From Polymyxa betae A26-41 (Eukaryota > Protista > Endomyxa: Phytomyxea), in assembly GCA_003693705.1 (NCBI GenBank), contig RBZT01000751.1, positions 124,001-188,000 on the forward strand: 64,000 bases of DNA, written 5' to 3'. The position numbers and the translations under genes are program-made. Every line of letters begins with the position of its first letter. Positions within the stretch are counted from its first letter, which is position 1. Shown here in pieces: positions 11,655 through 26,097 of the stretch. Under the pieces are notes generated by a model that saw only the letters and a program-made list of their open reading frames with translations, made no database searches and was not told the DNA's origin.

Positions 11655-13440
11655 ATGATTTCCCAGTTCTATGTCCTGTCGCCACGTGGCGATACGATCG
11701 TCTCCCGGGATTGTAGGACCTTGGATCCTTCTGCTTAATGCTGTACTGAAATGGCAGATCAGTTCGCGGGGATATTGGAAAAACCACTGCCGACATCTTC
11801 TTTCATGAAGTCAAATTCTATAGAGGCGAGCAGGTCGAGGCGCCACCCATTTTTGTAAGCATATCTCGCTGTTAATAAGAAAAATATTAAAAAGACGTTT
11901 TTAGACCATTGATGATGTTAACTTTATGTATCTTTGCCAAAACGGGCTGTATTTCGTTGCTACCACACACTCGAATGTTTCTGGCTCCTTTGTAGCTGAA
12001 GTGATCAGTCGAATCGCTCGAGTCTTTAAAGATTATTGTGGTGTTCTCACCGAAGAGGCCATTAGGCAAAATTTCGTAATGGTCTATGAATTAATCGATG
12101 AAATGATTGTAAATGATTCTATATTCTTTACTCGCCCGTTAATCCGATTATATAGGATTTCGGTTATCCACAAGATACCTCGACTGAGCTTCTCAAGGTT
12201 AGTGTTCATGTAGCAATATGTTTTTACAAAAATATATTTGATGTCAGGCTTATGTTTATAATGAGCCGGTTGTTGTGAAAAGAAAGGAGTCCTCCGTAAT
12301 TCCCAGCAACATATTATCTGGGTTTAAACTACCTGAGATGAATCCGAAAACAATTCCTAGCAATGCTGTTGACAAACCCATAACATTATCTGGATCATCA
12401 AAGAAGGTCAATCAGATCTTTGTTGATATCTATGAACGAATCAATGTCATATTCAATTCTGATGTGAGCTATTCGCCATTTCTACATTTCGATCTGGTTT
12501 ACTAATTTATTAGGGAGTAATCGTTCGCTCTGAAATCGATGGAACTATTCAGATGAAAAGCTATTTGACTGGAAACCCAGAATTGAAACTTGCTCTGAAC
12601 GAAGAAATTGTTATTGGGAAATCCCCAACTGGGAGTATGTTAGCGTTGCAGGTCAGGTTTTTAATCCATTGAGATGGTAATGATAGGTAATTACGGGTCC
12701 ATTGTCCTGGACGACTGCAATTTTCACGAATGTGTACGGACCGACGATTTCGAAACTCTTCGAATTCTGCGGTTTATTCCTCCAGATGGCGAATTCGGCG
12801 TCATGAATTATCGAATGACGAACGAGTTTCGAGCCCCATTTAGGATTTTCCCATTCTTCGAGATGACGAACTCTTTCAAGTGCGAATTAGTGGTTAAAAT
12901 CCGGGCTGACATCCCTGAAAACAATTATGGCGCCAATATGGTCGTCTCAATACCAGTTCCAAAAGCTACTTCGAGGTTAGTTTGTTTGATTTCTCAGGTC
13001 AAATCATATTGATCGATTGGCAGCGCCTCATGCGATTTCGATCTGGCGATTCCCGGTCAATCAAGTGAGTATATTCCGAAAGAGCGCAAAGTCGTATGGA
13101 AGATTTCAAAGTTCCCTGGAAGCAGGGAATGCATTTTACGTGTGAAGGTGAACATTTCAAGTCCTGCGATTGCCTATTTTAAACGTAGTTCTTAGATTGT
13201 TCTGGGGTCGTCTCATAGTGATGCTGTTCGAAAAGAGGTCGGCCCAGTCAGTCTGGAGTTCGAAATTCCAATGTATAGCGTCTCCAATCTCCAGGTATGC
13301 GACATGCTAAAAGTTTGGAATCGTACATAATCTGGTTGCAGGTGCGTTTTCTTCGTATCGCCGAGCAGCATAAGAATTATAACCCTTATCGCTGGGTTCG
13401 GTATGTCACACGTTCGGGATCGTATATCTGCCGATTGTGA
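11655..13440 (+). CDS. AP4M1: AP-4 adaptor complex mu subunit
   Basis: MISQFYVLSPRGDTI, KDYCGVLTEEAIRQNFVMVYELIDEM|DFGYPQ, LDDCNFHECV, PPDGEF, PYRWVRYVT..SY; multi-exon. Confidence 0.93.
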
Positions 13441-13541
13441 AAGTATTCACTTAAACATTGTCTCATATTAAAGTATACGAAAAACTTTTTAGAATCCAGC
13501 AGACAATCACGGAATCGCGGAATCTCTGGTTTTACGGTCGA

Positions 13542-16500
13542 ATGAAAGAACTGCGGTTCGGTGTCTTTTTTTACCAGCAGCTGCAGTCGCTCTGATTGGA
13601 AACAGGAGACTGCATCGGCCTATAGGGCGACCTGATCAAACTTTCGCCTCGGCTGCAGTCTGGTCTGACCGATTTAGGATTCCTATCTTGTAATCAATCC
13701 GAGGCCTGGTCTGAGAAATGGTTGAAAGTAACGTGTCAATTAGTGTTTAATTAGCGTTACACGGGTAGAGGTGGCGCGCCGATCAAATCATTAACAGTAC
13801 TGTCATTTGCTTAAAGGTCGGCTATATTGCTGCCAACCTTACAAATGAATCTAAACTGTCATGTGTCTGCTTCTGCAGCAGGCGTGACTGGATTCGATCC
13901 GGGCTATATTGCATTCCCAACTGCTGGACTTCCAGTGCCGCCAACGTTTGGACAGCGTCACTCAGAGAAATTCATTGAGGGTAGGCCACAAGAAGGTTCG
14001 CCTTCGCTGTAAGCTTCCGTGGTACTGGCAGTAGATCTGCAATGTAAATTCTTGTTTTTCGTTCAGAGATGCTACCAGTCCAAAAAAGGCTGCACAACAG
14101 TTAAGAAAACAATCAGTTCGTGGCGAAAGAGGCTCTTACCAAAAGAAAGCATCGAAATTGGAAATGCAGAAAGGTAGTGTTTCTTCAAGTTAGATGACAT
14201 TTCTGAACAAATCCTCAGAAACGAGCCGGCGAGAGTCGACTGTTCAGAACCACTCTTCCTTCGATTTTGCCAGTTATATAGATTCTTTTCTTTCCTTTGC
14301 GCGGGCAGAAGGGCTGAAAGAAGTACCTCTGAAGTCAGGTTGGCCGGTTGCTTCAGCAAACTCTATCTGTATCTAAACAGTCGCTTAGACGGTGTGAAAG
14401 TCTCTGTATTGAGTCCTAACTGGGGTTCCCTTGTGTATCTTGCAGCAAGGGCGAAAACGATTCATGAAATCCCTGTCAGCACCATATTGGAGCTGTTTAC
14501 TTTGATTGTGCCCCAGCTGGACGAATCCGCTGCAGTCGAAACTTATTGTATCGATGAAGCTTCTAGGAAAGAGGTCAGCGTTTCTCATCACAAAGTACCC
14601 TTCTGATTTTCGTTTCAAAGTCCTCAGTCAATCTGCTAAAAGCTTTCAATGCTGCCATGGTGTCTTTAAGTAATTACTTATGATTTCGCTTTAACCACGG
14701 CCAACTCTGTGCATAGTTATAATGTCAAGCGATAACATCAATCGGTGTCTTATTCTTGATGAAATTTTAGAAAAGACTGTTTTGATGCTGAAAGTGCATA
14801 CATCGCGAACGATTGTCCCTTTACTTGACGAATCTTCCAGAGCTAAAGTGGGCATGAATTGCTACAAAGGCCTTCTCTAATATGTGTATAAGGTGGCCCA
14901 AGCTGATTCCGATTATTGGAGATCATATGAAAGCGTTTTCTCTTCTTTCGTCCGAGTCATGCATGACTTGCTACGCCGTCTGAATTGGTTTTATTTGAAA
15001 GAAAAAGTACCTGAGTGTCATGCCATTTCTGTCATTGATGTTTGTTGTACTTTACTTCGCTTGCCGAAGGATTCCGAACTTAAGAGCGGAGCAATGTGGC
15101 TACTAGTTACATGTTTTATGCAGCATGAAACTCTACATGAAATCATCTTTGAAGAAGTAAATAAGTCTGCAGGGTGTAATGGAGGATTTAATATATAACT
15201 CAGATATCTGCAATGGTATGCTCTGAAGGGATAAAACATTCCGGTTTATTTCGAATCAATTCAAAGACCTCTATACATGTATGAAATTTCAGCCTGATTA
15301 TATAATCCTTATTTATTCATTTATAGTTCCCAGTCGCCGTAGCCCTGTCTTTGGTTCAAAGCTTGTCCAAATTTCCTATACAGGACATGTCAAATGACGC
15401 TAAAATGAAGGACAAGGATTTTCAAGATCATTTTGTGCACTCATTTGATCAAATTGAACTGAACTGTAAAGCATTGGTATACCTTATGCTGTCGCTTCTG
15501 TGTTTCTTCTGACTATCTGTTGATATTAGGTTGCATCTCTAATCAGCAAGGCTCTTAAACCAGGCCGCTCTTTATCCGATTCACGAACATTTTTGCAACT
15601 GCTTCTGGACGATATTTTCTCTTGTCTGTTCTTGCCTGCCTGGCCAGCTGCTGAAATGTTGCTTATAACCATTTTCCATTTTCTCCGAAACATGTCCGCT
15701 AAAGAGGTTATTTCACTAGCTCTGTGCATGTGCTGTTTTTTAATTCTTTGCGGCTCAGAATGTCAATAACTCCCGAGCCATTGCCGTGGAGCTTCTTGGT
15801 TTCATTTTAACGAGGTTACAAGTCCATATTGTTGCTGCTCGAAGAGATGTCTCCGTAATTCGTCCACGAACGGATAATTTTGATCCTGCCAGCAGCATCC
15901 ATACCGATCCTGAGAACGAAAAAGTTGGCTGTGAATGCGATCTAGGTGTGTTGAAGAACTGCTTAATGGTAAAGTATGTCGAAATTGTTTTCTGCAATTT
16001 AACCTGGTTACAGCTTGACTGTGATGAATGTCATTACTGGTTTCATGGGAAATGTGTTGACATTAGCGAAGGCAACATTCCTGAATCTTGGATTTGCGCT
16101 TCATGCGAGCTCAGGCATATCATTGAGCAGCAGCGCTCTGTAATGGTAGTTATGCTAACTGTGCTGTACTAAAGTGTTCATTCATGCATCATTTAGAATC
16201 ACGTTGCCAAACGAATGCAACGAAAATCGCTTTCTTCAGAAATGTCTGAGGATGACCTTCTTTTCCAGATACTGCTCAATTATCTAAACACCAATGCCAT
16301 GGATTACAGCATGCGTCTTTCGAGGGATTTCATGTTAACTCTTTGGTGTAAAAGAGTTCAGGCATCCGACCCTGGCAAGGTAAAGTTTCCGATTGTTGTC
16401 TGGAAACCAGATCTAAAACCCACAATAGTCGTCGCTTTTTTACTCCTTTTTTGCAAACGACAAGTTCACTTCTGCTAATCAAGACTTGGGAACTTCTCGC

Positions 16501-19500
16501 ATCAAGCCAACACAGGCTTATAGAATTATTCGCCTTTTGTCTCAGAAATATTCGTTGTTACAAGACAGCGACATTCTGCTGAAGGTACTCTTAACAAAGG
16601 TGTCATTTTTCGGAACTTACTATTTTAGATGTTTGTGAACATGCTGAATGACAAACAGCCTCTTTTAAGGTCCAGGGTCATTAAGGTATCGGATAGCACC
16701 TTTTTGTTTACAATTCAGTACGCCTTAGTGTTTATAGGCGCTTTCCCTTTTAGTGGAGGCCAACGTCGATATCCTGGGGCATGAATATGTCGTCCGAGCC
16801 ATTTCTGTCGCGGTTCAGGTTGGATAATTGTTAAATGGCGACTTGCTAACAATATTCATCCGTCTTTATAGGACAAAGCAACCTCTGTTCGAGAAGCTGC
16901 AATTGAGCTTCTCGGAAAGAAAATGATTTCGAACTCAAGTTTATCAGAGAAATATTATCCCATCATTGCTAGTCGGATTCGTGATAAGGGCCTGAGCGTA
17001 CGTAAACGCTGGTACGTTTCCTTCCACTTTACGGACTCATGAACCGATTTGAGGATTAGTGTGAAAATTCTACGTGATCTATGTATTGGATACCCTAATC
17101 ATTCGAAGTATGTCGACATCTGCACGAAATTAGTCAGCAGGACGCAGGATGAGCCTTCAGTGCGACAGCTGGTTCAAAAGGCGCTTCAACATCTATGGTT
17201 CTCACAGTTTATGCAACCATCGTTACGAAAAAGTCAGTCTTCAGGTAGGCACTCAAATTTCTTCGCATTCTCGTTACTTAGTGTTCATAGGTGCATACTG
17301 TGAAGGCTTTCTGGCCATTGCAAACAGAATTGTACTGGAATCTGGATTGTTTAAATTGCAATTTGTAACTTCTATTATAGGTTGACGTGGTGGCGTCCCT
17401 GCCAACTTTAGATTGGTTGTCAGAGATCATTACCCACGCTGCGGATTCGAACTCTGAATCGCATGATGGGAGCATGTTCGAAGTCTATTCAGATTTCTGT
17501 TCATGCATTGTCCAGGTATGCAGTCCTTCTTTGTAGAATCCTTTGTGATTAATAATTAGAAAATGATCACATTTTCATCCCCTGCTGAGGCACTTCATCA
17601 CATCCGTACTCTCTATGTATTTTGCTGTGCCAGGCCTGTTCTGCTTTTAGAACACCTCTCATGTTTGCAGCCTTTGCTGAAAGTCGAGCGCTCCGGTATG
17701 TTACTACAGGGTCTATATTGTTCTTTATTTAGGCCTTGTAGCACAAGGAATTGAACAGTCCCGCTTGAGTCTGTTGTGCTCTATATTCCTTATGGCATTG
17801 CCCTTCCTTGAGAATCCTAGACAACGCTTTCTTGATAATCTTTCCACCGATTTAAAAGAGCTGATTCTACAGCAAAGTGCCACGGTTTTGCTGAATGCTG
17901 TTCCTTGTTTATGTGTGCTTTCGTCAAAGGTAACTTCGCATGCTCCCCTATTTCATATTGCTGATTCCCGTGGAACTAGATGAATAATTTCGTCCTTCCC
18001 CAGCAGATGCTTCGCTCATTTTATCATTATCTCTGTCAATATAAAAGCGACCCTAAATCTGATGGACGCGTAGTACGTTCGGTTATCCGATCGCTAATCT
18101 CAGTGGGCCTTCTTGTACGAAATTTCACTTTTGAACCGGACGAAAAATGTAAGTTTTTTCTTAATTCCAGTGCCTTACAACTGAGATGTCAGCAGTGACA
18201 TATGAGAATATCATTCAGCTGTACAGAGTTTATTATTTCCATTTTGACGATGCAGGTAACGATGCTTTTTTTGAGAGACTCTCGTTGATAGTGCTTTAGT
18301 TATCAAAAGAACGGCCTTGCAGGGTCTGTTTTATTGCTATTATAGGAAGCCGTCCTTTTTGGTTTGCACCCACGACGTTATAGAATCAGCTCTTTCTGCT
18401 CATGACCAGGAATTACATGCTCAAGTATTTCACAGTTTCTCTGATTTCTTACAAAACGAAATTGATCAGTTGAAGGTAATTTGTTTTGATTATTAAGAAT
18501 GTTCATTGAATGGGACGGTTCAGTATCTGCAGGGACTTCAGGGAGATTCAGAAATTCATCGCCTTCACGGCTCTCGCTACACTTCTATTAGGAGAGAGGA
18601 GGATGGAGAGACTGAATCGGGTGTCATCGTCAGCATAGTACAGAAACTTTTCCCGCTATGTATAAAACATGTTCATTCAAACAGCTCCGAGGTCGTGTTG
18701 TGGAAGGAACAGTTTTCTGCTTCTAAACTTGCTTAGGTTCGTTTTGGAGTTTTGAGATTAACTCAGTTACTGTTAAAGCAGCGACTGGTTAATCCTGTTC
18801 ATTGTGCCTCATCTTTAATTGCACTTTCCACTGATCTGACGGAAGGAATTGCAAATCTGGCGCTAACACAGATTTCCGACATGAGCGTTTCATTTCCTGA
18901 TATGCTGAGGAATTCCATTATAGATGGTGTTAAGAAGATAGCCGCTTATCAAGTGGGATAGTTTACACAATCTAATGACTTAATTTTTAATCTGTATTCT
19001 TAGAAACAAATTTATGGTAATGCAACGAAACTTTTCGAAGGCGATTATCCTGTTGGGTTATCGAATATGTTCCAGATTGTGTCGAAGGTATTCAGCCTTT
19101 GTCTTAGTTGAGGTTTTCTGATTCTTATGCTAGATCTCTCCCAACATGCCTTCCATTCTTGTTGGAATCCTAAATATTATCGATTTCGAAAGAACTGAGT
19201 CGTTAATTACGGCGGAATTCGTAACGATGCTACTATCCGGATTGCCCCTGCAGAATGACGAACCATTGCATCTGTACTATCACGTTACAAGACTAATAGG
19301 TTCTATTTTCTCACCACTAAAATTGTTTGCTGTTAATAGTGAGGTAGGTATCCATGGAGCTTATGTGGACGAACAACTACGGTCAGTGCTGAAAGAGGTA
19401 CCGGACCGACTGCCAACCGCTACTGTGGAACAATGTCTGGCAACAGCAGACAAGATTGAGATATTGATCCATTTCAAGCAATTTGTCCAGGTTCATTTCT

Positions 19501-20015
19501 TCATCTGTTGTATCGGATGTTAATTGCTCACTCTAGAATGCTTTCAATATCGCTGATCACTCATTAGAAACATGGAATCCGCATGTGAAATCTTCGATTG
19601 TTTGCTCGAGGAAAGATTCACTCACTCGGTTTATTCCAAATCTTAAAAACAAGGGCATCCCTCAAACCATTGAAGAGCTTGCTGAACGGCATAAAATGGT
19701 CAAGATTGAAAAAACATTCTCCTAATTTTCTGAGTGTCTTTTCAGTTCAAAAATATCCTCAATAGCGATTATTCTGAAGTAAGCCTAGAGTATGGAGCAA
19801 AGACCACCAACAAGCGGAAAGTGTTTTCTCCCAAACTCGCAACACCCAAAAGAGGAAGAAAACGTTGTCTAAAACCAATGTTGTCAGATGGGGAATCGGA
19901 TCTCGGCTTGGACGATACAGTAATTTTCCGCCCAAAACGAAGTTGTTCTTCGGGTCCCAAGCTATATGCCGAGCCTGTCGATTCCTCTAGCATTGAAGCC
20001 GATTCGAGTGTATGA
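13542..20015 (+). CDS. SCC2: Cohesin loader SCC2/Nipped-B (HEAT repeats) containing a PHD finger
   Basis: LRSRVIK|ALS, D..TSVREAAIELLG, RIRDKGLSVRKR|VKILRDLC, LKQRLVNPVHC..LIALSTD; many short introns; 5' end approximate. Confidence 0.88.
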
Positions 20016-20124
20016 AAAAGTTTCCATTCTTGATCTATGAAGCTTGCTTTTCTTTATCTATTAATATTTGTACATCATAAATTAAGAGTAAATTATGAGT
20101 CTTGAAATTTCAGCAAAAGTGACA

Positions 20125-23100
20125 TTATAATTCGATATGCTGAAATAGAACACGCCTTGCGAGTTCTCTTGCCCCTGAATGTTGGTATATCAGACTGAGG
20201 TTAAAAGCAGCTTCTCGGGCTATATTGGCTTCGCTCGCTGCAGGAGTAAATGATGACAGTGAAAATAACAGATCAAGAGACGGATCAACGACGTTTTCCT
20301 GCCGCCTTGGTTGAAGTTTCATTACAGCTTCAATAGTCTAACAACGAAGTTGAAACTTCAGTAACAGCAAAAACGCAAAGCAATACCTGGTTGTAATACC
20401 GAACGGCAAGATGATTGATGCCAACAGAATGGAATGCCCTCGCCAGGTTATAGAGAGCATGCGGTGCTCTATTGACCCTCTTAACGTAGACGAAGAACAT
20501 TTCAAATGACCGAAGCAGAGCGAAATGCCTATTCGGAACGGATGGGCTTTGCGAGCGATGAAGAAGCCCTATGGCAGCATACAAAACTGAGCAAAATTCA
20601 GCCCCCATTGTGCGACGGCATTGCTCTCTCCATACTGATAGAAGGATTTACAGGCAGCGGCGACATCGACAACGCACGAAGATATTCACGGCAAGCTCCG
20701 GCTTCAACGAAATCAGTATATGAGAGGCTAAACCAACCAGCCCTTACTGAAAAAATGTTTCGTGATTGCATAATGACCCAGTGCGACACGCAGCGATACG
20801 CAATCTGGGTGTTTGTTGTTAACCCGTTCCAGAAACCGTCTTGCTCGCTCAGGATAATTTAGCTGGTATAGGATGACGCCCAGCAAGTACATCAGATGAG
20901 ATGTGGACGACGCTTTTGGCATGTCCAGAATGGCAGTTGTGATCTGATAGGCAGATCAGTCACCATAAACACAGCCAAGTTCACCACGTACTTGAGCATA
21001 CGCGCGGTCATACTCTCCTCGGTGACAAAACATATCGACCGCCATACATCGAAAATCGCGAATTTGGATATTCAACTCGGAGGGCCATTCAAACCGCAAT
21101 ATTTGACGAATGATATTCGAAGCCTGAAACCGGCATTAAAAGCAGGTCGTGACGACATCCAAGACGCAACCTGATCGAAACGTTGAACACCAATTAATGC
21201 TCTGCAGAGCATGATGGCGGTCTGCAGGAACTCGCCGCCCTCATACATGACGCCAGGCATGCTGCGAATCCTCCCGGTCACATCGGCAGGATCAGCTGGT
21301 TTGGTCCGGCGACGCATCACCACCGCCCGAATCGCTTCCGATACCTTGTCGAATGCGTAATCAACAATCTCGGCGTACTTGCCCTCGCTCAGACACAGCT
21401 GACAATGCTGAAGTAGCAGCGATAAGCTGGCACTATCAATAGGCAACGACGCCCGGCGCCGATTCTTTGAAGAATTCAGTCCCCAAACCAGATCCAATGA
21501 GCCGGAGTTACCGTCCGAAAGGTCGTTGTGACGGCGCCATCACTCTGAAGAACAGCGATGGCCTGATCGGTATCGCCCTGTGCTCGGTACACTTCCGATA
21601 GAAGCAGGCGTGAATCGGCATCGTTCGGCATCTCCTGCAAAATCCGTTCACAATACCGAATGGCATCGTCCTGGCTATCCGGCAGGTCTTTGTAGCAGCG
21701 AGCCAATCGAAACCACAGATCGGCATTGTTGTACGATTCGACATCTTGTGCACACATGTGAACAGCTACATTTAGACGAGTATGAGATCACAAACCTTCC
21801 AAACAGGTCAGCACATGTAATGCTTTATCAGGCAAATCGATAGACAGGTACAGATCGCCGACTTCCAGGTAGAAGGCGGCGAACTCCTTCGGATCCAGAT
21901 CGAAGATGTGATCGACCATCGATTCATAGCGATGGCGCCCATCCTCGGTGAGATCCTCGCCCGAGCACAGATGACATAACCCAAAGCGAATCGACAATTC
22001 AGGAGGCAACGTCACCGGTAGCTGTCGCGAGACCGTCTGTTCGGGTGGGTCAGTACGACCGGTGGTGGCGGATGATAGGGGCCGGTACGAACTTCAGACA
22101 GGAGAGTTTTCGCGTCATCGAACTGTTTCTGTTGCATATAGAGCTCAGAGAGCATATTGATGATGGTGAAATCCCAGAGCATCAGGCGTTCGTCGTCGGA
22201 GGCATCGGTGCCGAGCTCGCCCAGCTTCTGCCGCGCGAACTGGACGTATCCTTCCAGAAGCTGCTGGGCAGTATTCGTCTTGCCTTGCTCGAACAACATC
22301 TAAAAAAAATCATGAAAATATTGCTGAAAATGAGACAGGTAACATTACAGGGCAGTAAGCTTCTAAATATTCAGGGACGACGGGTGATTTGGCAACGATC
22401 CGAGCTAACCCGTCAATAGCACGTTTAGTATCACCACGATTTCTGTATATCATGGAGCTATTAAAGGGGTTAGAAGTTGATAAACGTTGAGGTTGTGAAA
22501 ACGGACCGATGATATAAAGCATCTTTATCATTGGGCGACATTCGTATAATACGTGATAGGCAATGCAATGCCTGGTCAGTTTCGTCTAGCTCGACCGCCA
22601 TATTAGCTAATCTTCTCCATTGCCCAACATCACGGGGTGTGAAATGAGCTGCTAATATGAACACCTAGACGGGAGCTCAAGAGAATTACAGCATGACGAG
22701 GGGGTGTCAGACCTGCAGAGCTTGACGTTTACGACCGAGTTCCTCATAGATAACCCCTAATGTATTATAAGGCTCTGGGAAGTGAGGTGCCTCACGAATA
22801 ATCTCTAATAGTAACTGGGCGGCTCCAGTAAGGTTATTATCCATACTATACATCATAGTGGCTTCCCCTAATAGACACCATCAGCAACCAAAATCTATCA
22901 CACGAAGGCATATGAACCCATTTTCTTCTTTAGATCGGCGGGGAGCTCTGACGATCGAGCTCGGCCGGTTCCACGCTAGCAAGACATTCATATTGGCTTT
23001 GACTAGCACGATACAAGGAGACCTTGGCTTTCTTTCGGGGCTGGATGCCCAGTTCGGCGTCGAGCTGCTCGAGCTCGGCTTCAGTATAGACCCCATCGAC

Positions 23101-23208
23101 CTCACCAATGTGTTCATCAATGACAGTGTATGATGGTAAATAGGCTCGAATATCAGGCTCATACAAGTCTGCTGGGATATCATTACTGATACGAAGCGGG
23201 GTCTCCAT
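20125..23208 (-). CDS. GTF3C3: TFIIIC TPR subunit (Tfc4/TFIIIC102)
   Basis: TPRs (PEPYNTLGVIYEELG, AAHFTPRD..W..LA), ALYNLARAFH.VG..HLAV.YY, EAAFNLSLIY..SG...LAR. Confidence 0.88.
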
Positions 23209-23293
23209 TACAAGAAACGTGGTTCCCGGAAAATTTTAGGAAAATCGTCTTGGATTGTTACGCAAATGTATTATGATTATGGATTTTGCCAGA

Positions 23294-24570
23294 TCAGCCG
23301 AACTTGCCAATCCGGTCTTTCTGAATCGATTTGAATGACTTGTAGAGCAGCTTATCAATTAAAGAGGAGACTGTATATACACCTCCAATGATGGCGAAGA
23401 GCTGCGTCAAAAAGTGGAAAAACGACCTGCGTTCTTCTTGAAACTGAACTTTGATTGGTGAGATATCATACATAAACTGAACACCAGGCAGTCTAGATTT
23501 CAAGTCAGCTCTAAATCGCAAGCAGCAGAACTTTTGTACCCCATTCCTTCTCGGTCTTTTACAGAAGCTGTATGCTCGGTAACCGAGAACTGATTTGTCA
23601 CAATAGTTCTACCGTCAAGATAGGTATAAGTTGTTGGTACAACCTGCATTATTTGTCACTACTTCAGACAGTTCACGATGCAGCTAACTACCTTGATGTA
23701 ATACTGGAAAATGGCGCCTCCCTCTTCGACAGTTTTAACCGCACCGTTCAGCGGATTGATGAGGCCCGGGTATTCCTCCCCAAATGAAAACTTTTTGATC
23801 GAATGACTGACATTGAACAGGCCAGATGTGAATACGTCCAGATCGTGATCTCCACGAAGCTCATTAGCAGGAGCTACGTGAAAATTCCCAGCAGCCTTGT
23901 CGACCGTCAGAAAGCCGGCAATAACACAGCCCTCGCCACCCTGAAGTATCGTTCGCATTCGAGCATTGACTTCTTTACATTGTTCAACATGGTCAGATGA
24001 TTGCAAAGCCCATCCTTTCTTCCTGTAAGCTGCTTTAACCTCGTCACACGTGTTACAGCATTGTCCTTCGAATTCTTGAGCGCCGTAACAGTCACCACAT
24101 TGTTCTGTGGAATTCGAAGGCTTTTTCTTAACATCTTCATGCTTCAACATGCCTCCTAATTCAACTTCTTCTTCCTGTAGGCCGAGATTGCGACCTTCTT
24201 GATCGATCCTCCGCTTGGTTGCTTTTAGGAAAGCGTCCTTCTGACTTATACCAGAAACATCCAAGACGTCCATGCTTAGTACTACAATTAAAATTCAAAA
24301 TAGGTAGGACAAACTAATCGCTAACTGACACGAGCAAGGAACGACGGGAAACTCCAAATCGATATAAATCTTCAGTTTTTCTGATCGCGAGGAATCCACA
24401 ACAAGATGGTCACGAGTCACTGGTGTCAAATAATATACAAGCTCGGAACAGAACAGTAAAAACATAAGCAGCAATGATATGATCGAAACGATGCCACCGG
24501 CCAGGGTTTTGACCTGGACGGCCTCACTCAGCTTCGGGTAGGTATCGAACCTTTGGATCGCCGCCCACAT
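23294..24570 (-). CDS. ERGIC3: ER-Golgi intermediate compartment protein ERGIC3/Erv46
   Basis: FDTYPK, CGDCYGA, CCNTCDEVKAAYRKKGW, GNFHVAP, PGVQFMYDISPI, C-terminal di-basic tail. Confidence 0.93.
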
Positions 24571-24873
24571 GGTTTGATGTGACGACGATCCTTTCCGGTA
24601 GGAATGGTGAGATAAACGAATGGGCTCTCCACATTTAGAAGCGATTTGCTAAGGAGGGCGCAACCCTAGCCAGTAACAATACACGTCGATGGGAGGCGCG
24701 ACCCGGCTCCCTCTTCATCAAAGACTCACAGTTTAGACATCCAACTCTACCTAACGGCCATTTATCTAGCTAAAATATTATGTAGATATGAAAGAGTCGA
24801 TGTTTTTGAAGCGTAACTGGAAAACGATGACAACGAACATAAATAAACAATGTGAGATGGGCGCCAATGCAGC

Positions 24874-25620
24874 TCAGGAAAGAGAGAATAGCTGCGAAGA
24901 TCGGTGTACCCTCTCACGAGTGAGCGGGTTGACATCGCCGCCGACCTCAAACCACTGTTCCAGCGCTGAACGCTTGTAGAGGAAAACATGGAATCGATTG
25001 CTCTGATCTTCAGATTGAATCCTTTGAACCAAGGCGACGACATCCCTGTGAATACGTCCTCTTTCGTCGATAATCTCTTCTAACGTTATACTACAGGATG
25101 GAGGCGGATCTCGTGTTAGTTCGGCCACGAGCGCTGATCGAACAGGACGGGGAATTACTTCAGCCAACGAAGGCGTGACTTTAAGATCGTTTACGAGCAC
25201 GTCATAGTTCGAGTCTGCATCACCATCATCGTCGCCATATACAACTGGCTCAGGCTCGTCATCCAGACAGCCATGCCAATCATACATGCGAAGAATCTCG
25301 CGAAATTGCTGAATCAGTTGCTCGCGGTTCTCTTCCGGTAGATCATAGCAGACAATCGACAAGATGCCACGAAATTGTTGTCTGATATTCGTGCGTTGAT
25401 TAAAGAATGCTGTCAGAGCGGACTCCAGATACGTCCTCAGCATTGATTGTTGATTCGAACTGAGATCGGTTCGAACACGGCAAATGGCCGCCGTCACAAT
25501 ATTCGCCACGACTCGTGTCGTGACGGCAATGGTGGCGTTAGCGGCCAGCTGCCCAGCCCAGTTCACCAAGGTTCTGGCAAGGCTGGGGCTGGAAGACGAT
25601 GACGGGCTCGAAGGGGGCAT
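24874..25620 (-). CDS. Intronless protein with C-terminal U-box/RING-like domain
   Basis: ATG 25620; CSITLE...FLYKRSALEQWF...NPLTRE pattern. Confidence 0.7.
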   Translation of the reverse strand: MPPSSPSSSSSPSLARTLVNWAGQLAANATIAVTTRVVANIVTAAICRVRTDLSSNQQSMLRTYLESALTAFFNQRTNIRQQFRGILSIVCYDLPEENREQLIQQFREILRMYDWHGCLDDEPEPVVYGDDDGDADSNYDVLVNDLKVTPSLAEVIPRPVRSALVAELTRDPPPSCSITLEEIIDERGRIHRDVVALVQRIQSEDQSNRFHVFLYKRSALEQWFEVGGDVNPLTRERVHRSSQLFSLS

Positions 25621-26097
25621 TTTGTGATTTAAATTCGATTCTCGGCGAATTTCACTTGACGCAATTTCTTGCAAACCCGATCAATAAACAGACGATTTCC
25701 AGGCCTAAAGCGACAGGCCAAATCTCCAGTTTCGATGAAGCGACTTTTTATAATACTTAGCTGTGGATATGTTGCTTGATTGATTCACGCTTTGAATGGT
25801 TTTTTACACCAATCGCGTGAGAGATGAAAGTGAAAGTTTGCGTAAATATCAACACCATCGTCGAGTTGGCATAATTTTTCCAAAACCTAAAAAGACTCCT
25901 GCAACACCGAAACAACCAGCGGAAAAGGGGATCCCAATATCATGCATGAGGTGTTTATTATTGATATGTTCGGACAGCTTCATTCCGTGACAAGCTTGGC
26001 AATGTAACGTAAGCTACGGATTGTTTGAAGCAATCGACATCTTATAATCAATTCGATTCAGAAAGTGCGTCAGTTTAGAAAGTGTTGAGAAAGGAAC

